Translations under genes and position numbers: made by a program
Notes under the pieces: generated by a model
Seen by the model: only the letters and a program-made list of their open reading frames with translations
Database searches by the model: none
What the model was told of the DNA's origin: nothing
IMG/VR virus record: IMGVR_UViG_3300031867_000022
Coordinates: 36,633-100,632 of that record
DNA length: 64,000 nt
Strand: one strand, 5' to 3'
Origin: a virus
Taxonomy: Duplodnaviria; Caudoviricetes
Part shown: positions 17,723 to 28,086 of the stretch, one piece after another
How the letters are laid out: each line of letters opens with the position of its first letter
How positions within the stretch are numbered: the stretch's first letter is position 1

Positions 17723-18214
17723 ATGAAAAAATCTGGATACAAGGAAATGTTGCGGGATAGATGTCCTGCAACAGTAAACTTTGCTCTTAAGTATTGCAAT
17801 GCTAAAGAGCGTTGGATTGATCATGCTTACAATCAATTTATAAAGATATATGTAGATAATAATGAACGTAAACATACTACTCGTATTATCCTCGGTATTG
17901 CAAAATATTACAGAAACTTTATATTTGATAAAAGCATCGATTGGGAGAATCTCACCAAAGAAGAAGAAGCCTATTGGAAATGGGTATCAGCTTGGGTGAG
18001 GTGGTTCATGAAGAACTTTGCGTATATAGAAAATACGTATAAGATCTCTCGCTCTTGTGGAAAAGATGAATTTGACTGTAAAGTTGAAATCATCCAGAAG
18101 CACTTAAGTTCAAAGCTTCCTACAGAAGACGATGATGAAGAAACAAAAGCAAAAAAGCTAAAAGAAGTAAATAAACTTACCGATTATCTCGTCAAATGTA
18201 TCAATGAAGTATAG
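17723..18214 (+). CDS. Hypothetical protein
   Basis: 163-aa ORF. Confidence 0.8.
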   Translation: MKKSGYKEMLRDRCPATVNFALKYCNAKERWIDHAYNQFIKIYVDNNERKHTTRIILGIAKYYRNFIFDKSIDWENLTKEEEAYWKWVSAWVRWFMKNFAYIENTYKISRSCGKDEFDCKVEIIQKHLSSKLPTEDDDEETKAKKLKEVNKLTDYLVKCINEV

Positions 18215-18653
18215 AATGTGCGTATTTTCCAATTATTTAGATCCTCTACGTGAGGAAAATCTGATTGCTCTAACGGACGATCCAAAGCCAAGTGAAGTTT
18301 ATGACGCGTTGCGTATCGCATACAATCAAGGCGCACCGGGTATATTAGACAACACACGTATGATCGCTCCAATTAACGAAGAAGAAGATAATTATGATAT
18401 TATAGAAGAAGTTTGGCGTAACAGTCATCTGCAATTCATAGTACGGTGGATAAATCGAAAGATTACACTGTGTATAGGCATAGAAACATATCGAACCTTG
18501 GGAGTTCGTGTAAGAATTGCAACCAGTATGATAAATAAACTGGTAAATGAAGGTTATTTATCCAAACGAATGTCTATGAGAATTCATAGTTATCTTTGTG
18601 AGAACGTACGGAATGAATCTTCTTTAGTAGTAAATGAAGAACTTCCGTTCTAG
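18204..18653 (+). CDS. Hypothetical protein ending in SSB-tail-like EELPF
   Basis: 149-aa ORF, TAG stop. Confidence 0.75.
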   Translation: MKYRMCVFSNYLDPLREENLIALTDDPKPSEVYDALRIAYNQGAPGILDNTRMIAPINEEEDNYDIIEEVWRNSHLQFIVRWINRKITLCIGIETYRTLGVRVRIATSMINKLVNEGYLSKRMSMRIHSYLCENVRNESSLVVNEELPF

Positions 18654-18780
18654 TATCAGGGCTGTCCCTCAGAGGTAGTCTTTGATGACAACAGCCCACA
18701 ACACAGCACCGTCTGTTATGTGAGTGACACACTAATAACCGGAACATAGTGCTAACGCACTATAGTTAATTTGTTTGATT

Positions 18781-19344
18781 ATGTCCAAGAATCCTAGAAT
18801 CACTTCAGAAGAAGTTGGGATAATCAAAAGAGCGCAAGCAGGTGATGAATCTGCTTTTAATATACTTTTTCACAAATACAAAGGATTTGTTGAGAATATA
18901 CTGTTTCAGTATATCAAGGATATGGATGAAGCCAAAGATATGGCTAATTTCGTCTTCTTAAAAGTATATAATAATCTCTCAAAGTTTACAAAGTACGACT
19001 CCTTCGGGGGTTGGCTAAGAATACTGACTAATCGAGTGGCAATCGACTATTTGCGTACAATGGAGAACAAACAAGTAGCACTTGGTGATGATGTAGGCCG
19101 ACTACCTACAAATGAAACAAGTAGCTCGTATGAAGACGAAATTGTCAATCGTCTAACATATAAGCAATTGCTAAGTGAGTTCAACAAGCTTTCAGAAGAT
19201 GCTCGTAAAATCTTCGAGCTGTACTATGAGAATCGAATGACAGTTGAAGAAATCAGTAAAGCGCTTCGAATCCCAACAGGAACTATTAAGTCAACGTTGT
19301 CAAGAACGCGTAAAAAGATTCAAAAACGTTTAAAAATTAATTAA
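18781..19344 (+). CDS. ECF-family sigma-70 factor
   Basis: Region 2 (AGDESAFNILFHKY...DEAKDMANFVFLKVY...FGGWLRILTNR..ID) and region 4 (MTVEEISKALRIPTGTIKSTLSRTRKKI). Confidence 0.92.
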   Translation: MSKNPRITSEEVGIIKRAQAGDESAFNILFHKYKGFVENILFQYIKDMDEAKDMANFVFLKVYNNLSKFTKYDSFGGWLRILTNRVAIDYLRTMENKQVALGDDVGRLPTNETSSSYEDEIVNRLTYKQLLSEFNKLSEDARKIFELYYENRMTVEEISKALRIPTGTIKSTLSRTRKKIQKRLKIN

Positions 19345-19345
19345 C

Positions 19346-19729
19346 ATGATGGACTTATTTCTGTTCGCTCTGATCGTGTTTGTTATTGGGTTGATAGCTC
19401 GCTACAACGAAAGTAACAAGCTCTTTTGGACACTGCTGACACCTTTTGTAGTGGCGTTCGCAGTAACGAAGATGGTCACAAAAGACTCATCTCCGAAACA
19501 GGATGAGACTGTCACTCTGCAGGTTAATCCCACACAGAGCGCTGTACTGACGTCAGATGCTTTTATGTATCTTTTGGCAGGCGATTCAGTGTCAGGAACC
19601 AAGAAGGCAACTTCACCCTCTGTGGGTAAGGATACCATTCCTGCAGCAAAGGACACGATCATCCCAAGTAAGGCCACGGTTAACACCCGTGACCAACCAA
19701 ACAAACAAAACTTTTTCGATACTTCATGA
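19346..19729 (+). CDS. Membrane protein (two N-terminal hydrophobic segments)
   Basis: Coupled to the sigma gene; an anti-sigma role is possible but unsupported. Confidence 0.7.
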   Translation: MMDLFLFALIVFVIGLIARYNESNKLFWTLLTPFVVAFAVTKMVTKDSSPKQDETVTLQVNPTQSAVLTSDAFMYLLAGDSVSGTKKATSPSVGKDTIPAAKDTIIPSKATVNTRDQPNKQNFFDTS

Positions 19730-19796
19730 CTGGCTTAAACAACCAATCGAGAATGTAAAAAAGTAGTTATTAACAATTTAAACCCGTTTATCAAAA

Positions 19797-21182
19797 ATGG
19801 CAAAAACAAAGCAAAACGCAGCACAGGCTGCAATGGAAAACAATGGCAACGCTCCTGAGACAAAAGAGGAGGCAAAAGTACTCACTCAGGTAATGGACGC
19901 TGCAAAGAGCAACCACCTGTCACAGGACAGTAAGGTTATGCTCGCTTACCTTACTCAGAAGCGCTGGGTAGAAAATCCAAATCTCCCCACGACACTGGTT
20001 GAAGGTGCAAATGTTATTACAGACGCCCTCATGGCCGATACTATCGTTACAAGCATCGCTAAAGGCGATGAAGCATTTACAATGCTTATTCGTAACGACG
20101 AAAGCAAGTATATCGCTATCGCAGCGGCTCTGAATACCTTTGGTATTACCATGCCGGCATTCAAAGAGCTCCCCGCTCCTTCAGAAGACCAGCTGAAGAA
20201 GATTGGCGTTAAGCTTCTTCCTGCAGAAACCAAGGTTGTAACTGTAAACAAACAGAACATCGACAAGGCCGCCATCGAACAGAAGAAGAAAGAAGTAGCA
20301 GTGGTGAAGAAGAATCCCACGACCGATCCCACAAAGATCGAAAATGAGACTCAGCTTAAGGAAGCCCTTCAGTCTTTACTGATGAATATGAAGGAGACTC
20401 CTGACGGTCGTATTCAAAATGCTGTAGCTTTCTACCAGGCATATCTTGAGCTCCAGGCACAGAAGTCTGAAAACAAGGATGAAGAGATTAAGCGTATCAA
20501 GGATCTTTCCCGCCCTGTATTGCTGAAACAAATCTCTGAACTTCTTGGCAACTGTACCTATGCTCTCGATGGTATGGGCAAGCTGTTCGCAAAAGCTGCC
20601 ATAGAGTCTAATTCTCCAGTGGTCCCATTCAAGATGTACAAGACTGCATCAAAGAACACATCTGACGAGATTGCTGCAGAGATGGTTAAAACTCTGGTTG
20701 TGTGGACTTGTGAGTCTCGCATAAAGAACTGTCAAGACTACATAGACATGGCCGCTAAGGACAAGTCTAAGAAGGATGATGAGAAGCGTAAAGCTAACAT
20801 CCGTACAGCAGAGGATTCTATAGCAGAAGCGCAGAATGCTATCAGCATCGTTACCAATCCTTCGTTCGATAACGTTGACAATCTGATTGAGAACTACAAA
20901 TCTGCAGACGTACAAAGTGATGCGTATCGTATCGCACACCGCATCGTCAGCAACATGAAGGATTTGTTCTACAAGAAGCTTGACATCGCCAAGGTTGGTA
21001 TGGATGCATTCTTGCATAACTGTCAACAGCATGCAGGTATTATCACCAACCTTTTCTGCAGTACATTCAATCAGTCTATGGGTTACAGCACCGCTAACCT
21101 CATAGAACTGAAGGAAACTGAAGCTGCCGAAGGTGAAGGTGAGAAGACCGAAGAAAAGCAGGAAGGTGAGTCAAAAAACTGA
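19797..21182 (+). CDS. Hypothetical protein (461 aa, helical)
   Basis: Long ORF, TTTATCAAAAATGGC context. Confidence 0.9.
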   Translation: MAKTKQNAAQAAMENNGNAPETKEEAKVLTQVMDAAKSNHLSQDSKVMLAYLTQKRWVENPNLPTTLVEGANVITDALMADTIVTSIAKGDEAFTMLIRNDESKYIAIAAALNTFGITMPAFKELPAPSEDQLKKIGVKLLPAETKVVTVNKQNIDKAAIEQKKKEVAVVKKNPTTDPTKIENETQLKEALQSLLMNMKETPDGRIQNAVAFYQAYLELQAQKSENKDEEIKRIKDLSRPVLLKQISELLGNCTYALDGMGKLFAKAAIESNSPVVPFKMYKTASKNTSDEIAAEMVKTLVVWTCESRIKNCQDYIDMAAKDKSKKDDEKRKANIRTAEDSIAEAQNAISIVTNPSFDNVDNLIENYKSADVQSDAYRIAHRIVSNMKDLFYKKLDIAKVGMDAFLHNCQQHAGIITNLFCSTFNQSMGYSTANLIELKETEAAEGEGEKTEEKQEGESKN

Positions 21183-21262
21183 TCATGTCTATAAAGAATA
21201 AAGTTGGTAGCTTTATAGACAAGGTTTTAAATACTGAACTGTAACCAACATTCATAATCAAT

Positions 21263-21718
21263 ATGAAGCAGATTAATACGTTCCTGTGTTGCTTCTTTAT
21301 GGCATTAGCCGGTATCGGCTTTGCTATAGGAGTAAACAATGAGTCTACTAGCTCTAGCTACAAGACTGCGAACGCCGCCCCAGTCCTTAATTGGGCACAG
21401 GGTGTAACGTATCCACTTGATCTTCGTCTTACAGCGGAGAATAAGTACAAGAAAGACGATACTGAAGAACCCAGAGTCTTATATGACACAGTTTACGTAG
21501 AAAAGACTGTGTATAAGTATCGTAAGCACAAAGCTAAGTCTACAAAGCCACGTGCAAATAGCAAACGAAAGGGCAAGAGCACTCCAGCTATTGTTCCTGA
21601 TACTATTCCAAAGCCATTTGTAGATGTGGGTCGAGAGGAGAATCCCACAGACACTATTGGACCTTCTAAAGGATCCATTATCCTTGTTGTCGACGGCAAG
21701 GAAGTCTATAAGCGATAA
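21263..21718 (+). CDS. Membrane-anchored/secreted protein with basic patch
   Basis: N-terminal hydrophobic helix; KYRKHKAKSTKPRANSKRKGK. Confidence 0.8.
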   Translation: MKQINTFLCCFFMALAGIGFAIGVNNESTSSSYKTANAAPVLNWAQGVTYPLDLRLTAENKYKKDDTEEPRVLYDTVYVEKTVYKYRKHKAKSTKPRANSKRKGKSTPAIVPDTIPKPFVDVGREENPTDTIGPSKGSIILVVDGKEVYKR

Positions 21719-21719
21719 T

Positions 21720-23880
21720 TACTCCGGTGCGGGGGATAGACCAGGTCTGTCCCCCAGCCAGTTTGGCAGCACGTCAGCACGGTATAGATGGGTCTCATTA
21801 GCCCAGGTGGTGCGAAATATAATTTACTGGATCCGAGAATATGTTAGCCCTCTCAAAGGGTGAGAAACTCAAAAGGTAGGATGGAAGATCGCAAGTGTGA
21901 AAAGCTTGTGGATATTAGGGTAAGCGTTGTATCAACCCTATTCTGGTCCCTGAGAACCGTCTGGTGAGGGTAGTCAAGAGAAGACGCATAAGTCGCAAAA
22001 AGCGCAAAACGAACCGTATCGAAAGATTTAGATTTCGAGTGATACATAGATCTGAAATCACGTTACACGAGTTGAAACATTATAGTAAGCCAAAAACTAT
22101 AATGATGTATCAATTTACTTTAAGCTGTAGTCTAGTGTTCCACGCAATCCAGGGCGTGTATGAAGGGACGAACAATTACATGGAATAATATAAGCAATAT
22201 CATAAGGGTAATACTTATGAGGCGTACCGTAACTACGTCGCTTTTTCGAACCCTTGCTGTTCGATTCAGCACAGCTCCGTTGAAGGGGTAAGCCAGGGAT
22301 GAGGTATAGCTGATTGTGTTAGGAAATGTGACCGCCAGGCCTTAGTCGTTCATGCGGTATATAAAAGTAGAATGACATACTAGTCCGATGCAGGGATTAA
22401 ATGCGAAGTAGGGCCTAGAGGCTTGAAGGCTACGCGGATGAAGTGCGCGGTGAAACACTATTTCAAAAAGGGAAAGCTCGGTAAGCGGAGTATGTAAAAG
22501 AACCTAGCGTTAAGATGTACCGGAGGAAATGCCGGAGTCGAAGGATGACAACCTGACAGTCAAAACCAATTGTTTTAAAGTAGGTCGATTCAAAGCCTAT
22601 ACATTCCAGTATAGAGGAAGATCGCTTTCTTGTGCAGATAAAAGATAATATGAGATGTTACTGTTGTACTATATCAGCGAGAGTAGTAAACTCGTGTGCG
22701 GTATGACTTAACTATGGTCACTCATATGAAAATATATTGAAACGAAACAATTAGAGAGTATTAACATGTTTAACAAAATTGATGTTCCCAGCTGGTAGAA
22801 GAAATAAAGACAACTTTGTATGTATGCGCTATCACGTCTGGAGTTCGAGTGCCAACCGTTCCTGAGAAGCAAGTAGCAAGATGGGAAACTAAGCGAAGCA
22901 TAGACCGCAAATCTATGTGGGTGGATACCATGAAGCAATATACATGACAAATGAAGAAATTCAGATGCAAGGCAGCCTATCGTGAAACGAAGTATCACCT
23001 CCTTGTCTGGGAGGGGTAAAGCGACCAGGATGAACCTTATGTTTTATACATAAGTAGTAAAAATGGAAACCGAAGAAGCGAATCTTTAGGTGGGTGATAA
23101 ATCTAGATGTATGAGGTGGAATTCCTCCAGTATTCGTGCACTATAAACAATGAGGAAGTAAATCCAAGAGTAAAAACAACCGTACGTCCATGATGGGTTA
23201 TGGAGCCCTAGACAGTTCGACAACAAAAGCGTTCCTCTTCACGCAAATACCAATTAGTTATAAAGAACGAAGCCGGGTATTGATTGTTCTGACCGGAAAA
23301 AAGCATAGAACAGTGGCAGCTGTGCCTAATCAGTATCGCAAGACTGTACAACAGCAGAGTAGTTCAATCAGCTTATAGGGAAAATACGCTGAAGAATTAC
23401 GCAACTCTCATTTACGACCACAAACTGGGTTTAGTAAAACGTTCTACGAACATTAGTTGCGAAAGCAAAATTTTGCCAACGAACAAATGAAAACGCTCAG
23501 TTCATGAAAATTGAATATTAACATAGTTCCAAGTAATTTTATGTCTAATCACATAGTATCCAAGTTTGTACTTTTACTGAAGATAAAAGAATCCTCTAAT
23601 GACGGGCATGGATGATTCTACCGTTGAATCCCCGACAGATGAAACAGTGTTCGTGCTGTGTAATCTGTCTAGCTAGAGAAAACTTTATTAACAGCAAAAA
23701 CATTGCTCTCATGAGCACGCATAAAGATACAGAATAAGAAATTACCGAACACACGTTCATAGAGCCTTTGAGCCAGAACGCCACATTTCGAAACTCAAAG
23801 GTTACCCTCCCGCCAGAAGTGGAGGACATATTAATTCTTATCGTTAGTTAATCAATAACGATATCAAAAAGGATAAGAAA
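21720..23880 (+). ncRNA. Candidate very large structured non-coding RNA (~2.15 kb)
   Basis: No credible ORF (all under 100 aa) in a gene-dense genome; many hairpins, GNRA-type loops, a T-loop arm and long-range complementarities. Confidence 0.65.
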
Positions 23881-23883
23881 ACA

Positions 23884-24540
23884 ATGAAAACAATTGATGT
23901 AAACATCATGTCACCTGTTGTGACTAACAACGTCCAGCTGATCTCTAAGATTGGCTCGAATCTAGGTACTCAGTTTTGTAAGGTAGAATCTCGCTTCGCT
24001 TGGCAAGGTGGCCAGGAAGGCTTTGAGCGTGACAAAAAGGCCATCGAGAATGGTGAGAAGAAGGGATTCATCCTCAATCGTAGTCCAAAACGGTTACTTG
24101 CTAAGAATTTCCTTATTGCAGGCACCGTGTTGATGAAGGACCCGATGAACGACGACGAAGTAGGAATTGCAATCAACCCCCACGACGATGGCTCGTGCGA
24201 CTTGTTCCTCCCGATTACAGAGAATACTCTCAATACGATGGGCAAGACCACCGCAGAGGCTGTTGCAGAGGCTATCAAGGGTGAGCGTGACCACTTCTTC
24301 CTCGACGCCAAGACACTCGTAAAGATCCTGAACGACGCCATGCGCCGCGAGATTTCATATCTGGAGGAACACATTCAGACCTGTCAGAAGATGCTCGTAA
24401 CCCTCAAGGGTGACATCTCGAACAACGAGAACAAGGCAAAGATGATTGAGGATAGCTGGATCAACTCAGCGTTGAAGACCACGGTCGACATGCCTGGTGG
24501 TTCCGGTACAATAGTAACCGTCAACAAGACTGAGGACTAA
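23884..24540 (+). CDS. Hypothetical protein (218 aa, C-terminal coiled coil)
   Basis: Long ORF with biased codons. Confidence 0.85.
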   Translation: MKTIDVNIMSPVVTNNVQLISKIGSNLGTQFCKVESRFAWQGGQEGFERDKKAIENGEKKGFILNRSPKRLLAKNFLIAGTVLMKDPMNDDEVGIAINPHDDGSCDLFLPITENTLNTMGKTTAEAVAEAIKGERDHFFLDAKTLVKILNDAMRREISYLEEHIQTCQKMLVTLKGDISNNENKAKMIEDSWINSALKTTVDMPGGSGTIVTVNKTED

Positions 24541-24545
24541 TCGCT

Positions 24546-25136
24546 ATGACTCGGGCCCTTTCTGAAGGTGCATTGTGTCTAATGCAGCTCCTTATGGCTG
24601 ATGAACGAATCGGCAATAAGGTAAAAACCGCAAATTGCGAGAAAGAGGGCAAATACGTCATTTACAGTATCCGCGATAGCGGTACTGTAGTTCTCGGAGA
24701 AACGAAATACCGCTTTTGGAACCAACTTATCGGATGTCAGTATAAAATGCCATTTGAAAAGTGGGCTCTAGTGGTATGGGATGCCCTTGTAGACCTTTCT
24801 AAGGGAGCAAACGCAAAAGCTCTCGAAGAAGGTTTGAGTACAGAGATCGCCAAGAAAGCACAGCGGTCTGGAGACTATGAGTGGGTTGTTAAACGACTAT
24901 ATGACTGTTACGAACACGTATGCAATAACAAGAATGACGGCATGTCTTCTGCGGGAGACCGGGACAATAATGGTTCAAATGCTAATTCTCGTACTGTATT
25001 AGTGGACGGACAGCCTGTAGTTGTCAACATAAATGCTGATGGTCTACGGAAACAGCTAAAATTTCCTGACGCAACAGGTAGAGCATTTCTCAAGTTTGAT
25101 GTGGGTATTGTCGGAGTAAATGTGGAAAAGAGTTAA
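24546..25136 (+). CDS. Hypothetical protein
   Basis: 196-aa ORF. Confidence 0.85.
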   Translation: MTRALSEGALCLMQLLMADERIGNKVKTANCEKEGKYVIYSIRDSGTVVLGETKYRFWNQLIGCQYKMPFEKWALVVWDALVDLSKGANAKALEEGLSTEIAKKAQRSGDYEWVVKRLYDCYEHVCNNKNDGMSSAGDRDNNGSNANSRTVLVDGQPVVVNINADGLRKQLKFPDATGRAFLKFDVGIVGVNVEKS

Positions 25137-25394
25137 TTGTGCTGCGGTACTTAGGTTTATACTATCGAGGTAGTTTAAACCAGCTTTTAGAAACAGATAT
25201 AAAGATGACACTTAGTCTTATTTGAAGATGTATTTTTCATAAACTTATCCCATATAGCACCTGCGGGTGTTTGGAAGGCTAGAGCTGCGGCTCTACCTTC
25301 CAGGGGGTATTTTTAGTCTATAGAGGTGCGATTCCACTATAGATTACGTAGGTAGATGTTATTCGAGGTTAGTACTAACTTAAATCAAACGCAC

Positions 25395-25931
25395 ATGACG
25401 AAATCAATTAAGTTTAATCCGAAGAACATCATTAAGACTCGCGAGGAGATTACAACAAAGAAGCATGATTACTGGATGAATATCCGTACTACTAATTTGC
25501 TCTCAGCGAAGCAGGCCAGTATGCGAAAGTACGACCTAAAGGCTCTGTATAATGAGATTATGCAGATGTCAGAGAAGCTCGTCTATATTAAGGGCGCACT
25601 TGCTGCAATCAATAATGGCGAGACGACATTCGATAAAGAAGCATTCAAGAAAACAAATAACTATAATATCTTTATGGCCACCGAGTATAACGAGGCCATT
25701 GCTCAGCTGAAGATGGTTCCTACTATCGATCCTGCAACAAAGTCTAAGAAGGGCGGTGCTGCAAAGATGGGTAAGAATGAGGTGTTTACATCTGCAAAGA
25801 TTGCATCTCTGATTAAGGAGCTTAATCTTAAGGCTCTGACATTTAAGAATAATATGGAGGAGTTCAACTCTAAGACGGAGATTGATATTTCTTCTATTTC
25901 TGATATGTTTAAGCAGGAGCTTACAGTATAG
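25395..25931 (+). CDS. Hypothetical protein (MTKSIKF start)
   Basis: ORF 25356-25931; ATG 25395 has the better A-rich context. Confidence 0.8.
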   Translation: MTKSIKFNPKNIIKTREEITTKKHDYWMNIRTTNLLSAKQASMRKYDLKALYNEIMQMSEKLVYIKGALAAINNGETTFDKEAFKKTNNYNIFMATEYNEAIAQLKMVPTIDPATKSKKGGAAKMGKNEVFTSAKIASLIKELNLKALTFKNNMEEFNSKTEIDISSISDMFKQELTV

Positions 25932-25939
25932 ATATTATA

Positions 25940-25984
25940 AGGTTAGTTCGCATGGGATATGGGGTTCGAATCCTCTCTAACCTA
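25940..25984 (+). ncRNA. Anticodon-less tRNA-like element
   Basis: AGGTTAG/CTAACCT stem, GGGG-TTCGAAT-CCTC T-arm, then A-CAA. Confidence 0.55.
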
Positions 25985-26128
25985 CAAAGAAATAGCGCAT
26001 AAAACTGCCGTTTAAGCCGTTTATTTCCCTTTGACGATTAACTATACCACCCCTAGCGCTAGAGTGGCTCAGATCGCCTTAAAATGGCTTTAAACGCAAT
26101 AGTTTTAACCCTCTAAACTGTTATCAAA

Positions 26129-26515
26129 ATGGCTAAAGAGAAAACATTACGACAGGAAGACCTGCCAAAGCTCCGTAAGACTGTATTTTATGACGGAGAG
26201 AAAGAGAGAAAAGAAAATCGTGCTGCTAACAAGCATCGTAAATATAGAGTAAAGCGTATATGGAATGCCGAAACTCAGAAGTATGAGAAGGTAAAGGTGT
26301 ATAAGCAAAGTACTACATTTACCAGAAAGGAGATGAAGGAACGCTTTAACACAAAGCACGTTGACATAGTGGTAATAAAGAAAACACCACCAGCACCAGT
26401 AGTCCATGCCAAGACTATAAACATAAAGCCTGTAACTCACCATTACATAGGAATTGAGTACAGACAGCGTCTTGACTGGGATTCTAAAACGCTTACTTAC
26501 AAAGCAGCAGCATAG
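26129..26515 (+). CDS. Highly basic protein ending -AAA
   Basis: 128-aa K/R-rich ORF. Confidence 0.8.
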   Translation: MAKEKTLRQEDLPKLRKTVFYDGEKERKENRAANKHRKYRVKRIWNAETQKYEKVKVYKQSTTFTRKEMKERFNTKHVDIVVIKKTPPAPVVHAKTINIKPVTHHYIGIEYRQRLDWDSKTLTYKAAA

Positions 26516-26539
26516 TATTAACTTAAAAACATTATCAAA

Positions 26540-27340
26540 ATGAGTAAGAAGAATTTTAAGGTGGCAACGACCGAAGACGGTAAGACCCCAAAGCAAAATA
26601 CATCAAAAACAGATCATATCTTTGCAACAGCAAAGATTACAAAGAATAAAACTCCAACCGGTAAGGTTAAGAAGATAGAAGATACTAAGAAGCGTCGCGA
26701 AGCACGTGAAGAACAGTATCGTCAGTTCCGTATCAAGGCACTTATTCGTCGAGGACAACGTATGAAGCTTCCAGAGCAAGAGATAGAAGACTTGAAGAAG
26801 CTTCTGATCAAGCAGATGGATGAACCGAAGCAGTATACTATACTATGTCTATTCCCGACTAAGTCTCCGACAAAGAAAGGCGAGGCATCTATAGCCAATC
26901 TTGCTAAGCAGGCTATCCTGAATAGTAAGATAGAATACAAGCTACTCACCGATACGTACGCCTACATTATTGGCGATGAGAAGGTTCTCGCTAAACTGCG
27001 TGAGATTCTTCCAGAAGGCGTAACTATTCACCCGCATGCAAAGAAGCAAGCTTCTGTATTCAACATAGTAGACAAGCCGAAGCAGGAAAAGAAGCCTTCT
27101 AATAACAATAAGAATGTAGCTGCCAAAGCTAAGGCTGCTCGTAAGGCTGCCAAGTTGGCATACTACATCGATCGTCCTAACCACAAACGAGCAGGTAAAA
27201 AGGCACGCCGTGTAGAAAAGAATATAAAGCTTTCTGAGCGTCGAAATGCCCGCAAGGCTAAGATTGTCCAGGCTGTAAATAAAAAGCCGTCAGAGAGCCT
27301 TAAAAAGGCCTCTAAGAGCAATATGAAACAAGCAGCATAG
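26540..27340 (+). CDS. Highly basic protein ending -QAA
   Basis: 266-aa K/R-rich ORF. Confidence 0.85.
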   Translation: MSKKNFKVATTEDGKTPKQNTSKTDHIFATAKITKNKTPTGKVKKIEDTKKRREAREEQYRQFRIKALIRRGQRMKLPEQEIEDLKKLLIKQMDEPKQYTILCLFPTKSPTKKGEASIANLAKQAILNSKIEYKLLTDTYAYIIGDEKVLAKLREILPEGVTIHPHAKKQASVFNIVDKPKQEKKPSNNNKNVAAKAKAARKAAKLAYYIDRPNHKRAGKKARRVEKNIKLSERRNARKAKIVQAVNKKPSESLKKASKSNMKQAA

Positions 27341-27353
27341 AAAGGAGGTAGCT

Positions 27354-27971
27354 ATGATACGTAAAAAGAAAATTTGGCGCAGAAAATATGCAGCAACTGC
27401 AGCCAGAGACCGCCAGTTCACCGTTAAGAATACAAAGAAGAACATCGGTATAGACGATGATCGCGAGTATTGTGACTGGAAATTGAAGAAGAGCCCTCAG
27501 CCAAAAGAATGGGCTGTTCATGTAGATCCCAAGAAGATGAATCGTGTAGAATACATGGAGAAGCTAACTCAGCATAAGCTGGCTAAGTGGGAGCGGAAAC
27601 ACCCTAAGCCATGTAAAGATGATGATCTTTTCAAAGAGGAAATGATACCTCTATGGGAGAATGAACGTAGAAGAGCTGAGGAACGTTTGAGAGACTTCGT
27701 CGTCTCGATATACGACAAATTGCCGTTAATAGGTCGCTTCGAACAGAAGAAAGACGGAATGGCAACATATCAAGATAAGAAAGTAGCTGATCTCAAAGAT
27801 GAAAACGGTGATGGTCATCGCGTCAATGAGATTAGTGTAGATTCTAAACTTGTAAAGAAGGCCCAAAAGATAACAAATAAGGTACACGCTAAACATGCAA
27901 ACCTTGTTTGTACTAATCTGAAGGATCATAAGCGGCAAAAAGGCAGGATAATCTTGCCTCAAGCAGCTTAG
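27354..27971 (+). CDS. Basic protein ending -QAA
   Basis: 205-aa ORF. Confidence 0.85.
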   Translation: MIRKKKIWRRKYAATAARDRQFTVKNTKKNIGIDDDREYCDWKLKKSPQPKEWAVHVDPKKMNRVEYMEKLTQHKLAKWERKHPKPCKDDDLFKEEMIPLWENERRRAEERLRDFVVSIYDKLPLIGRFEQKKDGMATYQDKKVADLKDENGDGHRVNEISVDSKLVKKAQKITNKVHAKHANLVCTNLKDHKRQKGRIILPQAA

Positions 27972-28061
27972 GGTATGAGCACTGGGGACAGTGTAACGTA
28001 CGGCGATACATACCGAAGAAAAGGTAATGGTCGTTGGGGAGGTCGTTTCTCCCCATACCCA
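27971..28061 (+). ncRNA. Cloverleaf-like leader upstream of DNA polymerase
   Basis: GGGTAT/ATACCC closing stem stacked on GGGGAG-GTCGTTT-CTCCCC; inner hairpins CACTG-GGGA-CAGTG and TACC/GGTA. Confidence 0.55.
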
Positions 28062-28086
28062 CTATTAATCTAAGAACCACAGAGTC

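Noticed and set aside
19346-19729. Anti-sigma factor call
   Set aside because: Only the position supports it; there is no cytoplasmic N-terminal anti-sigma domain.
21720-23880. Group I/II intron, RNase P RNA or rRNA fragment
   Set aside because: Flanking genes look complete and I found no P7, D5 or RNase P P4 signatures by eye; an Rfam scan is still needed.
12080-26545. TTATCAAAA(A)TG repeat as a novel regulatory element
   Set aside because: Most simply the A-rich, SD-less start context of well-expressed Bacteroidota-type genes.
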